This document shows, piece after piece, positions 16,526 through 23,210 of a stretch of 24,310 nt of DNA (positions are counted from its first letter, which is position 1; every line of letters begins with the position of its first letter). Source of the DNA: a virus (lineage: Duplodnaviria > Caudoviricetes); the IMG/VR virus record IMGVR_UViG_3300044608_000444, positions 1 to 24,310 of that record, one strand, 5' to 3'. The notes under the pieces were generated by a model that saw only the letters and a list, made by a program, of their open reading frames with translations, was not told the DNA's origin and ran no database searches. The position numbers and the translations under genes are program-made.

Positions 16526-16645
16526 ATGGTCTGGCCTTTCCCAACGTGGAAGGGTCAACCGTATAAGCAACCGAAGCAACCGAAACCCAAGAGACCTAAA
16601 TCAGTGGTAACGCCGAAAGCCCCGTGGCCCGAGGCACCTTTCTAA
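16526..16645 (+). CDS. Small Pro/Lys-rich WPFP peptide (possibly expressed by -1 frameshift from the upstream ORF)
   Basis: MVWPFPTWKGQPYKQPKQPKPKRPK...EAPF; no clear SD before the ATG. Confidence 0.5.
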   Translation: MVWPFPTWKGQPYKQPKQPKPKRPKSVVTPKAPWPEAPF

Positions 16646-16664
16646 CTTTCAAGGAGAAGCCATC

Positions 16665-17456
16665 ATGGCTCTACATACAAGCATCGTGAACGTCACCCCC
16701 GCCACCGCCCGTGCGTGGCTCAAGAAGAACACCCTCAACCGCAACCTGCGGGATGAGACCGTATCGAAATACGCCCGAGACATGAAGGAGGGCAACTGGG
16801 AAACAACCCACCAAGGGATTGGTTTCTACGACGACGGCACCCTGGCCGATGGACAACACCGCCTGCACGCAGTGGTTCGTGCAGACGTGCCGGTGAAGTT
16901 TGTAGTAACCCACGGGATCCCGCGCAACGCCGGACAGGTCATTGATCAGAACGCCCCTCGCCTCACACATGATGCGATCCGTATCGGTGGTGGGCCGGGT
17001 TGGATTGACCGGGACATCGTGGCGATGGTGCGCTTCATCCTCAACGGCATGGGCGACGACAGCAAGCCCCGGTCAGTGCCCGAGATCGTGGACTACGCCG
17101 CACGCTACGAGCAGAACCTTCAGTACGCACAGGCGCTGGCCCTGGTGAAGAAGCGCAACCTGACAAGTTCAGGCATCGTGGCATCGTACTTCTGCGCCCT
17201 GGAGGCGGGTGTGCCGTACGAGATCATCAAGCGGTTTGCCGAGATCATGCACAAGGGTGAGATCAACGGTGCATCTGAGAACGCCGCGATCCGGCTGCGT
17301 GAGTACCTGATCAGCGAGGGTGGCCGCGCCTGGATCGGACAAGAGCGGGTGCACACCACAAAGAAGGTGCAGCGTGCCATTCAGTTGTTCGCTGAGGGCA
17401 AGCCCACTGCCAAGTTGTACACGCCCGAGACCCTGGTCTATCCGATCCCGCAGTGA
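16665..17456 (+). CDS. DGQHR-motif ParB/Srx-like protein
   Basis: VTPATARAWL..N..NR...YARDM..G.W...LADGQHRLHAVV; AAGGAG RBS. Confidence 0.8.
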   Translation: MALHTSIVNVTPATARAWLKKNTLNRNLRDETVSKYARDMKEGNWETTHQGIGFYDDGTLADGQHRLHAVVRADVPVKFVVTHGIPRNAGQVIDQNAPRLTHDAIRIGGGPGWIDRDIVAMVRFILNGMGDDSKPRSVPEIVDYAARYEQNLQYAQALALVKKRNLTSSGIVASYFCALEAGVPYEIIKRFAEIMHKGEINGASENAAIRLREYLISEGGRAWIGQERVHTTKKVQRAIQLFAEGKPTAKLYTPETLVYPIPQ

Positions 17457-17464
17457 GGTGCACC

Positions 17465-17587
17465 ATGCAACGCTACGAAGACGACGGCATGGAGGAGTTG
17501 GGGTGGCTCATCGCCATGCTGATGGCACTGGGCTTCCTGTTCTTCTCCCTGGTGTATTTCCTGCACTGGGCAGGGTGGCTGACATGA
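17465..17587 (+). CDS. Small membrane peptide 1 (40 aa)
   Basis: GAGGT RBS; MQRYEDDGMEELGWLIAMLMALGFLFFSLVYFLHWAGWLT; below the ORF-track cutoff. Confidence 0.6.
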   Translation: MQRYEDDGMEELGWLIAMLMALGFLFFSLVYFLHWAGWLT

Positions 17588-17703
17588 AGTGGTTGGGTGA
17601 CTTGTTCGCCCTGGCCTGGGCGGTGTCCATCCTGCTTGTGATCTTTCTCGGGCCGTTCGTGGCAGTGGCGGTGTTGATCAGTTATTTGTGGGGGATGGTA
17701 TGA
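17584..17703 (+). CDS. Small membrane peptide 2 (39 aa)
   Basis: ATGA coupling; MKWLGDLFALAWAVSILLVIFLGPFVAVAVLISYLWGMV. Confidence 0.6.
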   Translation: MKWLGDLFALAWAVSILLVIFLGPFVAVAVLISYLWGMV

Positions 17704-17825
17704 ACTGCGAAATCTCTCCGGGGTTCCTGTTTGGAACCATCATCAGCATCATCATCGGCAGTGCCGTCGGCGGCGTCATCTGGGGCTTCTTTGAAGCATG
17801 GTGGAAGGACAGACATGGATCGTGA
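17700..17825 (+). CDS. Small membrane peptide 3 (41 aa)
   Basis: ATGA coupling; MNCEISPGFLFGTIISIIIGSAVGGVIWGFFEAWWKDRHGS. Confidence 0.6.
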   Translation: MNCEISPGFLFGTIISIIIGSAVGGVIWGFFEAWWKDRHGS

Positions 17826-18075
17826 AGAAATCATTGAACTGGCAAACAAAGCGCACGCCTACATTGACCGTCACTTCCTGGTCGCTTCTAGCACGGGCAT
17901 CGCTTCGTTTGAACACTTTGCCCGACTGGTGGCTGAACGAGAGCGCGAGGCGGTGCTCGACACGATTGACGAACTCATGGGCATGGAGCGCGAGCGTCAC
18001 CCCATGTTTTCCGAAGGCTACGACCACGCGCTGTTGCATCTCAAAGAGTTTGTTAGCGCAAGGGGGACGAAATGA
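17815..18075 (+). CDS. Hypothetical protein
   Basis: AAGGA RBS; MDREEIIELA...FEHFARLVAEREREA, a pattern common in small phage ORFs. Confidence 0.7.
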   Translation: MDREEIIELANKAHAYIDRHFLVASSTGIASFEHFARLVAEREREAVLDTIDELMGMERERHPMFSEGYDHALLHLKEFVSARGTK

Positions 18076-18233
18076 CTGTTGAAGAACTGCTTGCCTTGCT
18101 CAAAGGCATACCCCCAGATACGCCTCTAATGATCATTATCGGAGATGAAGATACAGGCTACGCCTTAGATTCGGTGCGGTACCAAACAGGTGAGGACGTA
18201 GACGGCGGTGTTTTGTTTCTAAAGGGGGAGTGA
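18072..18233 (+). CDS. Hypothetical protein (53 aa)
   Basis: ATGA coupling; MTVEELLALLKGIPPDTPLMIIIG...; fills the gap exactly; not in the ORF track. Confidence 0.6.
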   Translation: MTVEELLALLKGIPPDTPLMIIIGDEDTGYALDSVRYQTGEDVDGGVLFLKGE

Positions 18234-18234
18234 C

Positions 18235-18528
18235 GTGAGCGGCGACCACAACGCGAACCAGAAGCCCAAGCAGACCAAGGAAGAGCGTGAGTATCACCGC
18301 AAGCGGGGGGCCGAGATACTGGCGCAGATACAGGCGGCTAAGGAACCCAAGGAAAAGCGAGAGGTGTCTGAGAGATCGGTGCGGGTGACCATTGACATGA
18401 TGAGAAGCCTCGCACGCAACATCCCCATCAGTCCGTTCCACCTACACGCCGCAGATCAGATGGAGCGGATGTTGGAAGAACTAATTCAACTGAGGAAAAG
18501 AAATGACCGACAAGAAACTGAAACTTGA
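18235..18528 (+). CDS. Hypothetical protein
   Basis: GTG start behind GGGGGAG; MSGDHNANQKPK...AADQMERMLEELIQLR. Confidence 0.65.
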   Translation: MSGDHNANQKPKQTKEEREYHRKRGAEILAQIQAAKEPKEKREVSERSVRVTIDMMRSLARNIPISPFHLHAADQMERMLEELIQLRKRNDRQETET

Positions 18529-18706
18529 AATCGCACCCGGTGCCTTTGACAACTTCGATGGCACGCAGGAAGAACTTGACGCGATGCTTGCTCAGATCAA
18601 GCAGATGATGGAAGACGGCACGCTGTTTGAGAACTCCAGAGAGTTGTCTGATGAAGAGGCTGCGGCCATTGGAGAGCGATTGAAGAACATAGAGAGTCGG
18701 CAATGA
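18503..18706 (+). CDS. Hypothetical protein
   Basis: GAGG RBS; IAPGAFDNFDGTQEELDAMLAQIKQM. Confidence 0.7.
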   Translation: MTDKKLKLEIAPGAFDNFDGTQEELDAMLAQIKQMMEDGTLFENSRELSDEEAAAIGERLKNIESRQ

Positions 18707-18906
18707 GGCACATCGAACTACTGAAGAAATGTCATGCGTTGCTACGCCGCGTGGACACCGTGACGCCCGAGGGTCGAGTCAGTCAGGATGGTGACCGCCT
18801 CGCAAAAGAAATCAACGACTACCTCAATGACCTACACACAGCCGCCCAACCCCAAGGGCAAACGACAGATCAAGATCAACGCCATCCTGCAAGCGCAACT
18901 GATTAA
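18703..18906 (+). CDS. Hypothetical protein
   Basis: ATGA coupling; its tail overlaps the next gene by 80 bp. Confidence 0.55.
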   Translation: MRHIELLKKCHALLRRVDTVTPEGRVSQDGDRLAKEINDYLNDLHTAAQPQGQTTDQDQRHPASATD

Positions 18907-19243
18907 GTTGTTGCTTGAGGGTACGTACACCTGCACCGAACTGGCCGAGATGACAGGACTGCACTACGTGACCGTGCTTCAGTACACACGGGAACTTCAC
19001 AGGGCAGGCGCTGCCCACATCGCCGGGTGGGAGAAGGATGTGCGTGGCCGCGATCTAGCGAAAATCTACAAACTTGGTGAGGGTAAAGATAAGCCACGTC
19101 AAAAGAAGACACAGGCTGAACGTCAGGTTGCCTACCGCGCCAAGAAGAAGCAGATCAAGATCATGGAGTTAATTAGATGCAGTGCCCTGAATGTGGCAGC
19201 AATGCCCACGCCCTTGAAACCCGAAGAGCCGCAAATGGCTTGA
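18827..19243 (+). CDS. Winged-HTH DNA-binding protein
   Basis: LIKLLLEGTYTCTELAEMTGLHYVTVLQYTRELHRAG (HTH) followed by wing WEKD.RGR...IYKLG; start uncertain. Confidence 0.7.
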   Translation: MTYTQPPNPKGKRQIKINAILQAQLIKLLLEGTYTCTELAEMTGLHYVTVLQYTRELHRAGAAHIAGWEKDVRGRDLAKIYKLGEGKDKPRQKKTQAERQVAYRAKKKQIKIMELIRCSALNVAAMPTPLKPEEPQMA

Positions 19244-19488
19244 AGAGAAGGAGATATGAATGCTCACAGTGCAAACAAAGATTCACAACCCTTGGGACAC
19301 CGGAAGACCTGAGACTGGGGTTGCACAACAACCCACACCGTCACGAGCAAACGATACGCAAGTCGCGGGTGACCACTACAAACAATTCAAATACGAAACC
19401 TGGGATGTCATCCTCGACTGGGGGCTTGGCTACTTGGATGGCAATGCTGTCAAGTACCTCAGCAGGTGGCGACACAAGAACGGAATAG
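19177..19488 (+). CDS. NrdR-like N-terminal zinc-ribbon protein
   Basis: MQCPECG...ETRR...RRRYECSQCKQRFTT resembles the NrdR zinc ribbon, with no ATP cone; GGAG RBS. Confidence 0.7.
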   Translation: MQCPECGSNAHALETRRAANGLKRRRYECSQCKQRFTTLGTPEDLRLGLHNNPHRHEQTIRKSRVTTTNNSNTKPGMSSSTGGLATWMAMLSSTSAGGDTRTE

Positions 19489-19571
19489 AAGACCTGAAGA
19501 AGGCTCGACATTACATCGACAAGTTGATTGAAACCGAAACGGAGAGAGCACGTGCAACTGATCACCCTTGA
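19260..19571 (+). CDS. DUF3310 (T7 gp1.7 / SaV-like) protein, putative nucleotide kinase
   Basis: QVAGDHYK...GYLDGNAVKYLSRWRHKNGIEDLKKARHYID; AAGGAG 6 nt before ATG 19260. Confidence 0.85.
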   Translation: MLTVQTKIHNPWDTGRPETGVAQQPTPSRANDTQVAGDHYKQFKYETWDVILDWGLGYLDGNAVKYLSRWRHKNGIEDLKKARHYIDKLIETETERARATDHP

Positions 19572-21378
19572 CTTTGAGACCTACTACGACCGCGACTACT
19601 CACTATCCAAGATCACCACGGAAGAGTATGTGCGCAGTGACTTGTTTGAGGTCATCGGTGTTGGCGTGAAGGTGGACAACGGCGAAACCCAGTGGGCGAG
19701 TGGCACTCATGAAGACATGCGATCTTGGCTTAGGAGTTCGTTCAACTGGGACAACGCCATGGTCTTGGCGCACAACACCATGTTCGACGGCGCTATCCTT
19801 AACTGGCGGTTTGGTGTTCGTCCTCGCGTGTGGCTTGACACTCTGTGCATGGGCCGTGCTGTACATGGCGTGGAGGTCAGTGGGTCTCTCAAGGCTCTGG
19901 CCGAGCGATACAACCTGGGCGAGAAAGGCACGGAGGTTCTGAACGCCCTGGGCAAGCGCCGCTTGCACTTCACTGACGAAGAACTTTCACGGTACGGTGA
20001 CTACTGCATCAACGACGTGGAGTTGACCTACAAGTTGTTCAACCGCATGGTGCGACAGTTCCCGAAGCAGGAGTTGCGTGTCATCGACACGACCCTGCGC
20101 ATGTTCATCGAGCCGAAGTTGGAGTTGGATCTGTTGCGTCTTGAGCAACACTTGGCCGAGACCCGCATGCGCAAGGAGAAGTTGCTGTCCGAGTGCGGCG
20201 TGGAGAAGGAAGACCTGATGAGCAATCAGAAGTTTGCTGAGTTGCTCAAGACGTTTGGTGTCGAGCCGCCTACGAAGACCAGTCCGACCACGGGTAAAGA
20301 AACCCTGGCGTTTGCCAAGAACGACGAAGCCTTCCTTGCACTGGCCGAACATCCTGACGACAGGGTGCAAGCCCTGGTGGCTGCTCGCCTGGGGACTAAG
20401 AGCACACTGGAAGAAACAAGGACGCAGCGGTTCATCGACATCGCCAAGCGTGGCACCTTGCCTGTCCCGATCCGGTACTACGCCGCACACACCGGACGGT
20501 GGGGAGGTGACGACAAGATCAACCTGCAAAACCTGCCGAGCCGTGGAGACAACGCAGGCAAGTTGAAGAAGGCGATCCTTGCACCCGAGGGTCACATCAT
20601 CATCGACGCCGACTCCTCACAGATCGAGGCCCGTGTGCTTGCGTGGTTAGCAGGACAAGATGATCTGGTCGAGGCATTTGCTCAGGGTAAGGATGTCTAC
20701 AAGAAGATGGCTGCTGCGATCTACGGCAAGTCCGAGGAAGAGATCGAGAAGCCCGAGCGGTTCATCGGTAAGACCACGGTGCTTGGTGCAGGCTACGGCA
20801 TGGGCGCTGCTAAGTTTCAGATTCAACTCAAGACCATGGGCGTGGAGGTGGACTTGGATGAGTGCCGCCGCATCATCGACATCTACCGCAGGACAAACGA
20901 TGCCATCGTGAGGCTGTGGCGTCAGGCTCAGAACGTACTGGTCAACATGTCACGGGGTGACGCCGCACAACTGGGCCGCCCGGGGGTGTTGCAAATTCTG
21001 CCCAACGACAACGCGATCAAGTTGCCCTCGGGGCTGCTGATGCGCTACGACGACCTGAAGTTCTCGGAAGGTGAGAAGGGCGTGGAGTTCCACTACCAGA
21101 CCCGCAAGGGCCGCACCCGCATCTACGGGGGCAAGGTCATCGAGAACGTCTGTCAGGCTATCGCCCGGTGCATCATCGCCGAGCAGATGCTGCGTATTCA
21201 GAAGAAGTACCCTGTGGTGATGACGGTGCATGACGCCATCGCCTGTGTGGTGCCGGAGGCTGAAGCCAAACGTGCCCAGGAGTATGTTGAAGAAAGCATG
21301 CGATGGGTACCCGCGTGGGCAGAGGGTCTGCCCGTCAACTGTGAATCAGGAATGGGAAAAAGTTATGGCGACTGCTGA
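19552..21378 (+). CDS. polA: DNA polymerase, family A, with 3'-5' exonuclease
   Basis: Exo I TLDFETY, Exo II HNTMFD, Exo III YCINDV; TGRW, NLQNLP, motif A DSSQIEAR, motif B RFIGKTTVLGAGYG, motif C TVHDA; GTG start behind GGAGAG. Confidence 0.95.
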   Translation: MQLITLDFETYYDRDYSLSKITTEEYVRSDLFEVIGVGVKVDNGETQWASGTHEDMRSWLRSSFNWDNAMVLAHNTMFDGAILNWRFGVRPRVWLDTLCMGRAVHGVEVSGSLKALAERYNLGEKGTEVLNALGKRRLHFTDEELSRYGDYCINDVELTYKLFNRMVRQFPKQELRVIDTTLRMFIEPKLELDLLRLEQHLAETRMRKEKLLSECGVEKEDLMSNQKFAELLKTFGVEPPTKTSPTTGKETLAFAKNDEAFLALAEHPDDRVQALVAARLGTKSTLEETRTQRFIDIAKRGTLPVPIRYYAAHTGRWGGDDKINLQNLPSRGDNAGKLKKAILAPEGHIIIDADSSQIEARVLAWLAGQDDLVEAFAQGKDVYKKMAAAIYGKSEEEIEKPERFIGKTTVLGAGYGMGAAKFQIQLKTMGVEVDLDECRRIIDIYRRTNDAIVRLWRQAQNVLVNMSRGDAAQLGRPGVLQILPNDNAIKLPSGLLMRYDDLKFSEGEKGVEFHYQTRKGRTRIYGGKVIENVCQAIARCIIAEQMLRIQKKYPVVMTVHDAIACVVPEAEAKRAQEYVEESMRWVPAWAEGLPVNCESGMGKSYGDC

Positions 21379-21553
21379 AGTGATTGACTACGCCTATCCG
21401 GCCATGATGGCTGAGAAGGCACTGAAGGCACTGCACGATGCGGTGCTTGAGAAGAACTACATCGAGGCCCGTGAGCAAGCCCTGATGACAATCAAGTGGG
21501 CAGCGGAGGCGCACGCTGCGCTGAAGGTCATGGAGAAGGAAGATAGGAAGTGA
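21365..21553 (+). CDS. Hypothetical protein
   Basis: MATAEVIDYAYPAMMAEKALKALHDAVL...; overlaps the polA stop. Confidence 0.7.
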   Translation: MATAEVIDYAYPAMMAEKALKALHDAVLEKNYIEAREQALMTIKWAAEAHAALKVMEKEDRK

Positions 21554-21741
21554 TAAAAGAAATTTACTGGAAGAAGTTTTGGGAAAGGTTTGATGATCTT
21601 GAGGATCTGATTGCCGAAGAATTCCAAAACGAAATGGTTGCAAAGTTTGGTGAGGGGCTGTACCTCCTAAGTGATGAAGAGCGTTGGAACCGCCAGAAGA
21701 GGATCATTGAAAAACTTGTGAGCGAGGGGATTGAGGAATGA
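21550..21741 (+). CDS. Hypothetical protein, low GC
   Basis: GTGA and ATGA couplings at both ends; about 43% GC by hand count. Confidence 0.55.
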   Translation: MIKEIYWKKFWERFDDLEDLIAEEFQNEMVAKFGEGLYLLSDEERWNRQKRIIEKLVSEGIEE

Positions 21742-22415
21742 ACATCCCCGCATGGTCTTTCTCTTCGATCAAGTTGTTCGAACAGTGCCCGAAGAAGTTT
21801 TACCACCTGCGGGTGGCACGGGACTTCAAGGAGGATGACAACGCCGAGCACCTGCTGTACGGCAAGCGGTTCCACACCGCAGCCGAGGAGTACGTCCGTG
21901 ATGGCACGCCGCTGCCCGAGCACTTCAAGTTTGTGAAGGGTGCCCTCGACAGTCTCAAGAAGATTCCCGGTGACAAGTACTGTGAGTTTGAGATGGGGCT
22001 GACCGAGAACCTTGAGCCGTGCGGGTTCAGGGATCCGCAGGTGTGGTTCCGTGGCATCGCCGACCTGCTGATCATCAACACCGAAACGGGTGAGGCCCGG
22101 GTGGTGGACTACAAGACCGGCAAGAGTGCGAAGTACGCGGACACCGGGCAGTTGGAACTCATGGCCTTGTGCGTGTTCAAGCACTTCCCTGATGTAAAAC
22201 GTGTCAAGGCAGGGCTGCTGTTCGTGATAGCCAACGCCTTCCCAAAGGCTAACTACTCACTGGAGCAGGCACCCGTGCTCTGGCAGAAATGGATCCGAGA
22301 CCACGACCGGATGAAGTTGGCATACAAGACCAACGTGTGGAACCCCAAGCCCAGTGGACTGTGCCGTAAACACTGTGTAGTATTGTCATGCCCTCACAAT
22401 GGAAGGAATGGATAA
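21738..22415 (+). CDS. PD-(D/E)xK exonuclease, Cas4/RecB-like
   Basis: WSFSS...QCP, G..FH, RGIADLL, VVDYKTGK, QL.LMA, C-terminal LCRKHCVVLSCP (possible four-Cys Fe-S staple). Confidence 0.88.
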   Translation: MNIPAWSFSSIKLFEQCPKKFYHLRVARDFKEDDNAEHLLYGKRFHTAAEEYVRDGTPLPEHFKFVKGALDSLKKIPGDKYCEFEMGLTENLEPCGFRDPQVWFRGIADLLIINTETGEARVVDYKTGKSAKYADTGQLELMALCVFKHFPDVKRVKAGLLFVIANAFPKANYSLEQAPVLWQKWIRDHDRMKLAYKTNVWNPKPSGLCRKHCVVLSCPHNGRNG

Positions 22416-22765
22416 TGAGCCTAACTCCCGACACTTTTTATCGCGGCCCCGCAACCTGCCGTGTGTGCGATAAACAAATGCACGTCAACGATGTTGGTGT
22501 CACCTACCACACGTACGGCAAAGGTAAAGATGATCTGCTGTTCTGTGCACCGTGCGCGATGAAGGTCGTGGCATCAGTGGCGCAGGATGTTTGTAGGGTC
22601 GAGGGGCATCACATCAACCACAGTTTTGCCTACTACGAAAAGTTCAAGGACGCCCAGAGCAGTCTACGCCGCCACGCCGCTGCGTTCGACAAGTTGGCAG
22701 ACCAGATGCGTCTGCACGCCGAGTCGTTGGACTATGCCCGTGGGGTCACCCCAGTCAAAGAGTAG
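22415..22765 (+). CDS. Hypothetical zinc-finger protein
   Basis: TAATG coupling; CRVC...CAPC. Confidence 0.65.
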   Translation: MSLTPDTFYRGPATCRVCDKQMHVNDVGVTYHTYGKGKDDLLFCAPCAMKVVASVAQDVCRVEGHHINHSFAYYEKFKDAQSSLRRHAAAFDKLADQMRLHAESLDYARGVTPVKE

Positions 22766-22770
22766 CGACC

Positions 22771-23019
22771 ATGCCCTACGTCAATAAGCCCAGGCCGTAC
22801 AAGAAAGAGTACGCTCAACAGCAGGAGCGGGGTGAACTCCCCGACCGGATGGAGCGACAGCGTGCACGGCGCACACTGGACAAGAAGGGCGTGGACCGCA
22901 CCGGCAAGGATGTCTCCCACAAGGTGGCTCTGGCCAAGGGCGGTAGCAACAAGGACGGTTACTTCTTAGAGGCACCGTCCAAGAACCGTGCGCGCAACGG
23001 GCACGCAAAAAAGAAGTAG
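22771..23019 (+). CDS. Small HNH-like protein
   Basis: GKDVSHKVALAKGGSN...SKNRARN resembles a degenerate HNH (D-H...GG.N...N) motif. Confidence 0.65.
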   Translation: MPYVNKPRPYKKEYAQQQERGELPDRMERQRARRTLDKKGVDRTGKDVSHKVALAKGGSNKDGYFLEAPSKNRARNGHAKKK

Positions 23020-23027
23020 AAGACCGC

Positions 23028-23056
23028 TTGACGCCGGGGGCGTGGCGGGATAGATT
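23028..23056 (+). promoter_or_regulatory. Sigma70-like promoter upstream of the helicase
   Basis: TTGACG-N17-TAGATT. Confidence 0.7.
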
Positions 23057-23062
23057 GCCTTG

Positions 23063-23188
23063 GTTGGTGGTCGGGCTTACTCCCTCGCGGTGCGTGATAA
23101 GAGATCGGCGCACGGCTAACCGGTTGAGGGCTCTCTTGTTCCCCTTGACCGCCAACGTCTAACACCCTGGAAGACCGCTTCCAGGGTG
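23063..23188 (+). ncRNA. Candidate structured leader RNA / sRNA
   Basis: 13-bp closing stem 23063-23075/23144-23156 starting at the predicted +1; internal stems; loop AAGAG complementary to CTCTT; separate perfect 11-bp hairpin 23163-23188. Confidence 0.5.
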
Positions 23189-23210
23189 CGGCGCATTGGA
23201 GTGAGATCAG

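Noticed and set aside
21738-22415. Cas4 as evidence of a CRISPR-Cas system
   Set aside because: No cas1/cas2 or array; solo Cas4-like nucleases are routine in phage replication modules
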